Shown: piece by piece, positions 31,201 through 37,610 of the stretch
How the letters are laid out: every line of letters begins with the position of its first letter
How positions within the stretch are numbered: position 1 is the first letter of the stretch
Assembly (NCBI GenBank): GCA_938073745.1
Contig: CALJFR010000061.1
Location: 1-37,610, forward strand
Direction: 5' to 3'
DNA length: 37,610 nucleotides
Source of the DNA: an uncultured Flavobacteriales bacterium
Lineage (GTDB): Bacteria > Bacteroidota > Bacteroidia > Flavobacteriales > BACL11
Notes under the pieces: model-generated
What the model saw: only the letters and a program-made list of their open reading frames with translations
What the model was told of the DNA's origin: nothing
Database searches by the model: none
Position numbers and translations under genes: made by a program

Positions 31201-32331
31201 AATAGAATAAATACCTGGAGCTAATACAGTCGGATCAAAAATTGGATTTAAACCATTTACAATACTATTTCCAGACCACCAACCTCCAATTGGAGATGCA
31301 TTTAATGATACTGAAGCATCTGTATTACATATCGAGAAATCTGCTTGAGTTGTTGTTGGAGGAACTACAACTACTGTTACGGTATCAGATTGTGAATTTG
31401 CAGGTCCAAGATCACTAACTGAAACAATATACTGAGTAGTAGTAGTTGGACAAACTTGATGAGGACCAGAATTATTTGGTAAGATTGGAATCCAAGAAAA
31501 ATTATATGATGAAGCATCACCCCCGCTTACTATTGCGTTTAAATCAGTACAATCTCCCAAACAAATAGTATCATCATCAGCAACAATATCAACAATTAAA
31601 GGACAATCTAAAATATCAAAACTTAAAGATGATGATAAGGACCATATACTATCGCAAACATCTTTAAAATAAGATTGAAAAAAAATATTATAAGTACCAC
31701 TTTCATTCAATCCAGGAGTTAGGTTTAATTGAATAATATTTGTTGAGTCATTTAAGCATGCAAGAGGTATTGCATTAACAATTTGATTTAATTGTCCACT
31801 AACAGAAATATTTGCTGTATTTACTGAGTCACAATGTATATTTTTATCTAATATAAGTTCAATAACATTTGTACTACAATTTGGAGTATTAGCTAAACTT
31901 AATTGCGGAGGGTCAGGAACAGATATAATAGTCTCCCAACTTAAATTAAACCCATCGGCAGCAACATTTAAATCTGAAATAAATACAAGTGTTACGCAAC
32001 CATTAGAGGTAATTTGCGGTGGAGTATTCACTCCAGAAAATGGACCTGCTAAAATTGGGGATGTAGTATTAGGACCATCATAAATAAGAAGATAATCATT
32101 TATTGGTTCTGTATTAAAAAAACTAAAATCAATAATAATTGAGGAAGCACCATTGGGACAAATAGTAAATGTAAAGTTTTCATTATGATCATACCAACCT
32201 GCTTGTTGGGAATTAGCCTCACTATCACTTAATGTTCCTTCACAATCATAAACGGTTTGATTAGACATACTATATTGTGCACTTGTAGAAAATGTGAAAA
32301 TTGACAATATTAATATTATTAATACCCTCAT
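28255..32331 (-). CDS. Large T9SS type-B cargo adhesin-like protein: CUB domain, Ig-like GGxWSG repeats, inserted MAM domain, PKD domain, CTD
   Basis: CUB (FTICP...DYLLIYDGP...LVFISD), MAM (FDW...TPSNNTGP...YIYVETS...DIAIDKV), PKD (WDLGDG...PTHTY...G), CTD YIPNSFTPD...IYDRW...WNG...GSITLIR. Confidence 0.85.
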   Translation of the reverse strand: MRVLIILILSIFTFSTSAQYSMSNQTVYDCEGTLSDSEANSQQAGWYDHNENFTFTICPNGASSIIIDFSFFNTEPINDYLLIYDGPNTTSPILAGPFSGVNTPPQITSNGCVTLVFISDLNVAADGFNLSWETIISVPDPPQLSLANTPNCSTNVIELILDKNIHCDSVNTANISVSGQLNQIVNAIPLACLNDSTNIIQLNLTPGLNESGTYNIFFQSYFKDVCDSIWSLSSSLSFDILDCPLIVDIVADDDTICLGDCTDLNAIVSGGDASSYNFSWIPILPNNSGPHQVCPTTTTQYIVSVSDLGPANSQSDTVTVVVVPPTTTQADFSICNTDASVSLNASPIGGWWSGNSIVNGLNPIFDPTVLAPGIYSINYDVNGCSDNLEITVLEISAGPDISACINAPIFNLNSSLTTAGGYWSGNNIQANGDIDVGPFSTVIEAVYTLSNGCSDTLLVNVVNNISMPNNLSLCQNSNDTILYASPAGGTWSAIENNPLIPSSCLNSIDDFPYVESFELGLSNWTNDIANDFDWVANTNATPSNNTGPSSAYDLNTYIYVETSNSNNPYKNSSIISPCINISQYNNPILNFYYHKYGNGNKNSIISVDVSINNGLTWQLDVWNIIGNLGNQWYSQSIDLTNFISAELKVRFRVLTGHNFRSDIAIDKVSILGGSISSDGTVLTDVISSGSHTFEYSIEGCSDNVTISVDPIDAGDDLTICPTQSSFNLIGLPNGGIWNGINIVNQNTGLYDPSNNLGIDLVTYSNNQCIDTIEINNIDTELFEDTLFLCHNSSDLFLGLNVLNREPYDGVFAGNGIINANFPGVFSTYVSGSGNHLVTYYANSCDDDIIFSVYPKPILLDTLICSNSPPFILDLNVTGGQWNGSGIIDNTLGLFDPSLVPLGNLLLEYTSENGCVDSFEVNIINPPVVSFNSLNTNYCYVDSLYAVSTSPSGGVLSGNGIVNFSFNPSIAGSGYHNISFTYGSGNCIATVDTVFFVRDELMTTTSVSDDTICAGELLTISAFSNGGIGNYEFNWNNNLSNSFSHLISPIQTTEYILTVSDGCSDNTSDTLKIFVFDTFNLNFSTSEKKCFGEIGYAKIISSSNDLLYEWNTNPISYGDSISGTVDRNYTVKATNTLTNCIIYDTIRIQGYSNLSSIFSLNVNDCLSILDGNIQLIDLSIVNFNEISSDSYWDLGDGTKIPYVYSINPTHTYSDTGQFQVNLYLINDGGCVDSSSVSVCVVADNKFYIPNSFTPDNDNCNDVFFIKALGLFSDFNIKIYDRWTSTLIFESNEILLTNGMLENSSCDNNTIGDYYKLGSWNGRMSNGRKAPLGAYVFEINYKEKKDSEITKLLGSITLIR

Positions 32332-32765
32332 TCTCTATTAACACTAATATTTGGTGTAGTTATTGTATTGCTCCAACTAAGATTTTGATCTTGAATTCTA
32401 ATAGAAAAGTTTACTAATTCAGTATTACCATTTCCAAAAAGAAATGGCGAATCAATTTCAACTAATAATTCTCCAGATACTGATAAATTGTTATTTGGAG
32501 GAGTAATGGGTATTAAATGATAATAATCTGCCTGTGACAATCTACTATCCTTAACTTCTAAAGAAAGATAATCAGGGTCAGAAAAACCTAGATATCCCTC
32601 AGGATGCTCATAGGACAACCTAACATAAATATTTTCTTGAAATTCTATTATGTTTAATGGGAATACTTCTATTAATCCTAAATTAAAATTTACTGGATCA
32701 TCATCTTTAGAGCATGAAGAAAAAAATACAGATACAAAAATTAATAAATAAAAAATAGATCTCAT
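32328..32765 (-). CDS. Small lipoprotein of unknown function (predicted beta-sandwich)
   Basis: Lipobox FSS-C followed by SKDDD; stop overlaps next start (ATGA). Confidence 0.75.
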   Translation of the reverse strand: MRSIFYLLIFVSVFFSSCSKDDDPVNFNLGLIEVFPLNIIEFQENIYVRLSYEHPEGYLGFSDPDYLSLEVKDSRLSQADYYHLIPITPPNNNLSVSGELLVEIDSPFLFGNGNTELVNFSIRIQDQNLSWSNTITTPNISVNRE

Positions 32766-32766
32766 G

Positions 32767-33690
32767 TTAAATAATAGTTAAAGAGAAATGTTTTATTAAA
32801 ACAAATGGAGAACCATTATTAGGGATTTCAGTTATTGGGTTAACATTATCTTGAACATATATTTTAAAGTATATAACATCCCCTATACTGTATGAGGTTA
32901 AGTCAAAATTATATTTGTGAAAATAGTCCTCATTGGTTGAATAAAAACCGATTTGAGAAATAGGATTATTCAAAACATTTAAATCGTAAGCAGTGATACT
33001 ATTAAAATTAAACAAGCTAGTAGAAAATTTAATTTTATTATGAGTTAATTGATTTGAAGTTAAAACATCATCACTAACGCTAAACCATAAATCCACTGAA
33101 CTTAAAGTGTTAGGCACTAATACTGAGCCATTTGGACTTCTTGATATTGGAATAGTTGTTTGTCCAGAGTTAAAGACTACCATTCCTCTAGCTAAAGGAA
33201 TATCATTCGGCAAAACAGGATTATTACCAAACATGTCCTTTGCTCCATCATCTATCCAGTCTTTTATATTACTAATATATGTCTCATCGTTATTATCCCA
33301 GTCATCTTCAGATTCAAGCGGCATAATTCCAGAAATTCCATCAATATCAACAATTAGTCTATGATATAACACTGATTTTAATGAATTGCCCGGCTCAACA
33401 CGATAAGAAAATGAGTTATTTAAATCATTTTTAATAACAGGATGATAAACTAAAGAGTTATATGCACTTTCAATAGTTCTAAAGTCGGGTTCAAATGTTC
33501 CATCATGACATCCTGAATTAGCGCATGTAGGATAAAATATATTATTATGTAAAGCAGAGAAAGATGTTGGATCTGTAAAATATAAAGTATCATTTTCTGA
33601 AACAATATTCGAATTAAAATCAAAAGGATTTATTTCCTCTTTACAAGAAAAGAAACAAATTAGTAATAGAATCGGTAATACTAGTTTCAT
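32767..33690 (-). CDS. Lipoprotein with planctomycete-cytochrome-c (PSCyt1)-like domain, atypical CX4CH haem motif
   Basis: Lipobox FFS-C-KEE; IFYPTCANSGCHDG...VEPGNSLKSVLYHRL...IMP...IKDWIDDGA. Confidence 0.7.
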   Translation of the reverse strand: MKLVLPILLLICFFSCKEEINPFDFNSNIVSENDTLYFTDPTSFSALHNNIFYPTCANSGCHDGTFEPDFRTIESAYNSLVYHPVIKNDLNNSFSYRVEPGNSLKSVLYHRLIVDIDGISGIMPLESEDDWDNNDETYISNIKDWIDDGAKDMFGNNPVLPNDIPLARGMVVFNSGQTTIPISRSPNGSVLVPNTLSSVDLWFSVSDDVLTSNQLTHNKIKFSTSLFNFNSITAYDLNVLNNPISQIGFYSTNEDYFHKYNFDLTSYSIGDVIYFKIYVQDNVNPITEIPNNGSPFVLIKHFSLTII

Positions 33691-33693
33691 AGA

Positions 33694-35028
33694 TCATATT
33701 AAATCAAAAAGTGATTTACTCGAAGCCACTAAACCAGAATTTACCACATCATCTTTACAACCAAGAATTTCTGCAATTGTAGGAGTTAAATTAACTATAT
33801 CACCAACTTGATTATTCTCATTTCCAATAGATAAATTACTATCAATTCCAGGACCAACAATAGAGGAAAATATTCGCCTACTATTAGCATCAGAATGATC
33901 GTATCCTGAAAATGCATTTCCATCTACAATATTATTAGAATCTAAATTTCTACCATGTTCAGGGATTACCATCATAGTTGTATTATTAGCCATCTGTGGA
34001 ATATTATTTTGTATGTAATCCCATAAATGACCTACACCGTGGTCAGCTCTATGCAAACTTCCTAAATAACTACTAAAATTACTATGACAACTATCTACAC
34101 TAGATAAGTATACTACAGTTAAAGTTGGTTTAAATCTTTGCATAACCTCGCAAGCATATCCAATTGTGCTTAAATCACCATTATCAGAAACTGGAGGATG
34201 AGCAATTGTTCCAGCTTGTGTTTTATCAAACATATCTTTCACAAATTGTTTAATTTGAATTTTCTCTTCCTCAGTATTTCCAATATTTGGTAATGCTTTT
34301 CCTTGAGAATACCATACATTATCTAAAAAATACTTCATTTTATACATTGGATCTAACTCATCTTCAGGATGATATACTTTTGCATTTTTAAGATGTTTTT
34401 CACCATCCACTCCAAAAGTAATTGTAGGAGCTAAAAAATTAGCTCCATAAGATGCTCCATATTCAGCATGAGTACTATAATCCAAAAGAGGAATAGAATT
34501 TCCTATTCCATTTCCAATAAACCAAGTTTTAGTTGCTTTTTCTCCCTGATGACGTCTTAAATATTCAAAAATAGTAGGCATAGTTGGCTTATTTCTTAAT
34601 CCTTGGGTATACATGTAATTACCTGTTAACATTGCATTAACACCAGCATAATGACCAACTGCAGAAGCATTTACTTCTCGAAATGTAGTTCCTTGATTTT
34701 GAATAGTTTGAGAAAGAATTTGAGGTATTGGTGTATCTCCATTAATTATATTATTTGTTCCATAAACAATTTTGTCAGTCGGAGCAGAACCATCAAAAAG
34801 ATTATATAAAATATTACCTTCACTTGGATAGGATTGGCTATCGTCTAAATATCTTTGAAGAATAGATTCTTGTTGTCTCACCCCACCAGCAAAAGCGACT
34901 AACACAACATGATCTGCCATTCTCATACCTGAGGCGGCAAATAATCTTCCAGAAGGTAAAATAAAAGGAATTGATATAGCAGCAGCTGAGGCTAGTGATG
35001 ATTTTTTTATAAATGATCTTCTTTTCAT
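33694..35028 (-). CDS. Tat-exported alkaline-phosphatase-superfamily / DUF1501-like protein
   Basis: MKRRSFIK twin-arginine signal; VLVAFAGGVR, GH...MLTG, VDSCH, VIPEHGR, YDHSD, GPGI, LTPTIAEILG. Confidence 0.72.
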   Translation of the reverse strand: MKRRSFIKKSSLASAAAISIPFILPSGRLFAASGMRMADHVVLVAFAGGVRQQESILQRYLDDSQSYPSEGNILYNLFDGSAPTDKIVYGTNNIINGDTPIPQILSQTIQNQGTTFREVNASAVGHYAGVNAMLTGNYMYTQGLRNKPTMPTIFEYLRRHQGEKATKTWFIGNGIGNSIPLLDYSTHAEYGASYGANFLAPTITFGVDGEKHLKNAKVYHPEDELDPMYKMKYFLDNVWYSQGKALPNIGNTEEEKIQIKQFVKDMFDKTQAGTIAHPPVSDNGDLSTIGYACEVMQRFKPTLTVVYLSSVDSCHSNFSSYLGSLHRADHGVGHLWDYIQNNIPQMANNTTMMVIPEHGRNLDSNNIVDGNAFSGYDHSDANSRRIFSSIVGPGIDSNLSIGNENNQVGDIVNLTPTIAEILGCKDDVVNSGLVASSKSLFDLI

Positions 35029-35031
35029 ACT

Positions 35032-35520
35032 TTAATAAAATTGATATTCATTAGACAAAGCAAAAGACATGTAAACCATTTCTGAACTAACATTAGGATT
35101 AGAATTTAAAAAGTTAAGAAAAAATTCTCTTTCAGCTTCAGTTATATCTCTAACAAAGAAACGCCTATATGATTCTTCTAAAAAAACATCTAGATCAGCA
35201 CGCATTAGTGAATCAGAAGGAAGGATTACATCTTGACTATTCATAAAATTACTTAATACAATTTCATGAGCAACCTCTTTATCTCCGATTGATTCAATAC
35301 ATCTAGTAATTTCAACTAACTCATTTGATGACAAAGCTTGTTGGAAGAGATTTGCATAAACAATTGAAATATATTGACCAACTGATTTTAATTTATTCTT
35401 ATTTGCATTATATGAACTTGATTGCAATTGATTGATATCATATACAACATCATCTTTTTGACATGATGAGACAATTAAAATCGTAAAAATAAAAACAAGA
35501 AATCTATTAAAAATGTGCAT
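35032..35520 (-). CDS. Lipoprotein with DUF1553/PSD1-like C-terminal helical motif
   Basis: Start at MHIFNRF (35520) gives lipobox VSS-C-QKDD; YRRFFVRDITEAE and ALSNEYQFY C-terminus. Confidence 0.7.
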   Translation of the reverse strand: MHIFNRFLVFIFTILIVSSCQKDDVVYDINQLQSSSYNANKNKLKSVGQYISIVYANLFQQALSSNELVEITRCIESIGDKEVAHEIVLSNFMNSQDVILPSDSLMRADLDVFLEESYRRFFVRDITEAEREFFLNFLNSNPNVSSEMVYMSFALSNEYQFY

Positions 35521-36421
35521 ATTCATCTGTTTGCATAACATAACGTTGTAATTTAAGAAAATCACAGGAAATATAAAAATCATTCATTAAAAAGTCTGAT
35601 TCTGTTGTTGTTGGTACTCGCGCTAAAAGAGTTAAATAAGTCCAATGAATAATTCCTTCGTAAAACTCACGTGTATTACAAATAATATTAATAAAATCTT
35701 CTTTGTTTGTACCTGAGGACCCAAGAACTGTATAGGGTTGTTCGTCTTCAATCATAGCATATGAATTATTAAACTCATATTGAGTAGGAAATCTAAATAA
35801 TAAATTATCGAAAGCAGCATTAACAAAATTAAAGGTATTCATATTTATATTATCATAAATTGGATTATTAATCATTCTTTTATGCATTTCCTTAATATTA
35901 ATTAAGCTATTGTAATATTCTGATTCAGAGTTTATTACATCTTTAAACCTATAGTATTTTATTAAGTTTTCATGAGCACTAATCATGTTTCCCCCAAGTG
36001 AATCATTAACATAGCGATTATATCTTGTATTCATTACAGTTTGAATATGAGAATTCGATACTCCTTCAATTAATCTAACTTTAACCATTTCGTATATACG
36101 ATGAAAATAAGCTATTTTATATGATGAGTCACCAGGAATAAAATTAGTATCAAATTGTAGTTTAAAAATTAGAGAATCTCTTGATTGAATTGAAACATCA
36201 TTATCTCTAAGAAACTGTACATCTGAACTCATTTCATCGTCCAGTGGTTCTCTACCAATTAAATCAATATAAAGTCTATTTACATAATTTTCCAACAAAA
36301 TAGTGGGAATTTCACTGTAAATAGGAGCATTATTGTTTGGAATTATAACAACATCTTTTTTGCAAGAAGTTATAGTTATAGTAATTGCTACAAAAATTAT
36401 ATAAAATACATACTTATTCAA
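35507..36421 (-). CDS. Lipoprotein with DUF1549/DUF1553-like helical repeats
   Basis: Lipobox ITS-C-KKD; three related motifs RLYIDLIGREPLDDE, FDNLLFRFPTQYE, YLTLLARVPTTTE. Confidence 0.7.
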   Translation of the reverse strand: MNKYVFYIIFVAITITITSCKKDVVIIPNNNAPIYSEIPTILLENYVNRLYIDLIGREPLDDEMSSDVQFLRDNDVSIQSRDSLIFKLQFDTNFIPGDSSYKIAYFHRIYEMVKVRLIEGVSNSHIQTVMNTRYNRYVNDSLGGNMISAHENLIKYYRFKDVINSESEYYNSLINIKEMHKRMINNPIYDNINMNTFNFVNAAFDNLLFRFPTQYEFNNSYAMIEDEQPYTVLGSSGTNKEDFINIICNTREFYEGIIHWTYLTLLARVPTTTESDFLMNDFYISCDFLKLQRYVMQTDEYAHF

Positions 36422-37361
36422 TTATTATTTTTTTGAAGAAATTATTATTTCCAGAATGAATATTTAAAAAGTATAATCCTGATTTTAAGTATGAAAGATT
36501 AAGAGTGTGTAAATTTCTAAGGTTATATTTCTCTTTTATAAGTTTACCTGTAATATCATAGATATAAAAACTATAATAATGATTGGTATTATTCTGAAGA
36601 TTTAAATAATTATCAGTAGGATTAGGATAAATATTAAAGGTTGAAGACAAATCTACAATATTTGAAACACAAGAATCAACATCAACAAATATCTCTCCTT
36701 TTCTTTGACATCCATTAGCATCAATAGCTTCAGCAATATATGTTATATCTTGGTTTGGATAGAAAGTAGCAGGGTTTGAAGATTGTGGAGAATTTAACCA
36801 AATCGTATTAACAAATGAAGTGTCATGCACTAAATAAATAGAATCACCTAAGCAAATATTTGGTGGATTTGGAATTGAATAGATAGTCATTGACATAGTC
36901 TGCATATTAATACTTGTAGAATCAATACAGCCATTTGCATCTGTAACAGAAACGTAATACATACCAGGAACAGCAACAGTTAATAAGTTACCAGTTGACA
37001 GAATAGCTCCAGAATCATCCCACCAAGAATAAATAAAAGGACTAACTAAACTAGCAGAAGATGCTTCTAATATAACGGGATAATTACAAGCAATTGAATC
37101 TCCAATGATATTTACATCACACGCAGACAATGAACAAGGCTGTCCAGGAACAAGTGTTGGGTCTACAGGTCCAATTATTGTATTACCATCACATTGAGCC
37201 AAACAACTATTCGAATATACCAATCCATTACAAGCACAAACTGGCGCATATATCATTGGACATATACAAAAAGGATTAATTAATGAAGAATCAATACATT
37301 GAGATTTTGCTGTATTTGAAAAACAAAAAATTAAAAAAACCAAGGTGATAATCTTTTTCAT
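36414..37361 (-). CDS. Secreted Kazal-type serine protease inhibitor domain protein with T9SS type-A CTD
   Basis: CPMIYAPVCACNGLVYSNSCLAQC Kazal pattern; SprB-like VTDANGC modules; IYPNPT...IYDITGK...LKSGLYF...KKIIIE. Confidence 0.85.
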   Translation of the reverse strand: MKKIITLVFLIFCFSNTAKSQCIDSSLINPFCICPMIYAPVCACNGLVYSNSCLAQCDGNTIIGPVDPTLVPGQPCSLSACDVNIIGDSIACNYPVILEASSASLVSPFIYSWWDDSGAILSTGNLLTVAVPGMYYVSVTDANGCIDSTSINMQTMSMTIYSIPNPPNICLGDSIYLVHDTSFVNTIWLNSPQSSNPATFYPNQDITYIAEAIDANGCQRKGEIFVDVDSCVSNIVDLSSTFNIYPNPTDNYLNLQNNTNHYYSFYIYDITGKLIKEKYNLRNLHTLNLSYLKSGLYFLNIHSGNNNFFKKIIIE

Positions 37362-37393
37362 AGAATGTATTTTTCTGTAAATATATAAAAAGA

Positions 37394-37401
37394 CAAACCT
37401 A
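37394..37401 (-). promoter_or_regulatory. -7 promoter box at head of the seven-gene exported-protein run
   Basis: TAGGTTTG on minus strand, 32 nt upstream of ATG at 37361. Confidence 0.45.
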
Positions 37402-37436
37402 AATCAAAGAAACTCTAGATTATAACTTATGAAAAA

Positions 37437-37610
37437 CTAACGATTAAATATTACTTCTTTATTAGATGTAATTTCAGAAAATTGATAACCTAAACCATTA
37501 AAATTAAAAAGATCTTCAATTTTATTAGGTCTTTGCTCAACAATAAATCTTGCAAAAGAACCTCGTGCTTTTTTTGCAAAAAATGAAATTACTTTTGATT
37601 TACCATTTTT
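37437..37610 (-). CDS. yaaA: Peroxide stress protein YaaA (DUF328), C-terminal fragment, 5'-truncated by window edge
   Basis: Not in ORF track; my translation KNGKSKVISFFAKKARGSFARFIVEQRPNKIEDLFNFNGLGYQFSEITSNKEVIFNR* contains the ISFFAKKARG signature. Confidence 0.88.
   Translation of the reverse strand, partial: KNGKSKVISFFAKKARGSFARFIVEQRPNKIEDLFNFNGLGYQFSEITSNKEVIFNR

Noticed and set aside
1493-33364. Short antisense or overlapping ORFs in the track (1493-1687, 1955-2176, 6366-6680, 7937-8398, 13564-13746, 16118-16306, 19319-19606, 22523-22888, 23132-23641, 26784-27029, 29561-29776, 30698-30910, 33107-33364)
   Set aside because: All lie opposite well-supported genes, have no recognisable motifs and are expected shadow ORFs
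35521-35583. Longer 5' extension of ORF 35032..35583
   Set aside because: It would overlap the upstream gene by 77 bp; ATG at 35520 gives a clean lipoprotein signal peptide
28255-37361. Mobile element, prophage or polysaccharide utilisation locus interpretation of the exported-protein operon
   Set aside because: No integrase, transposase, phage genes, SusC/SusD pair or glycoside hydrolase; composition looks like the rest of the window

Overview
Gene-dense, very AT-rich chromosomal segment from a Bacteroidota, most likely a streamlined Flavobacteriales. Evidence: TAnnTTTG -7 promoter boxes, T9SS C-terminal domains, and the guaB-PPIase-surA-moxR and rel-fur-purA-ostA gene orders. Positions 1-27.2 kb are mostly housekeeping and envelope genes (E2 acyltransferase, DEDDh exonuclease, FAH hydrolase, def, moxR, PPIases, guaB, fabK-like, glyA, rel, fur, purA, ostA-like, OmpA/PD40, queE, ftcd, lpxB, surE, Zn peptidase) plus one large T9SS type-B cargo gene. 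The most interesting part is a tightly coupled seven-gene minus-strand run (37361->28255) in which every product is predicted to be exported. It encodes a Kazal-inhibitor T9SS protein, two lipoproteins with DUF1549/DUF1553-like helical motifs, a Tat-exported alkaline-phosphatase/DUF1501-like enzyme, a lipoprotein with an atypical CX4CH haem motif, a small lipoprotein and a CUB/MAM/PKD T9SS adhesin. It resembles a split, lipoprotein-anchored Bacteroidota counterpart of the planctomycete PSCyt/DUF1553-DUF1501 modules. Other oddities: a peptide deformylase with HEXXN instead of HEXXH, a 65-aa basic protein next to the only long intergenic region (palindromic direct repeats, an IHF consensus site, DnaA-box-like 9-mers), and an A17 tract in a 5' leader. 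No rRNA, tRNA, CRISPR array or mobile element was recognised. All family assignments come from motif recognition by eye; no searches were run.
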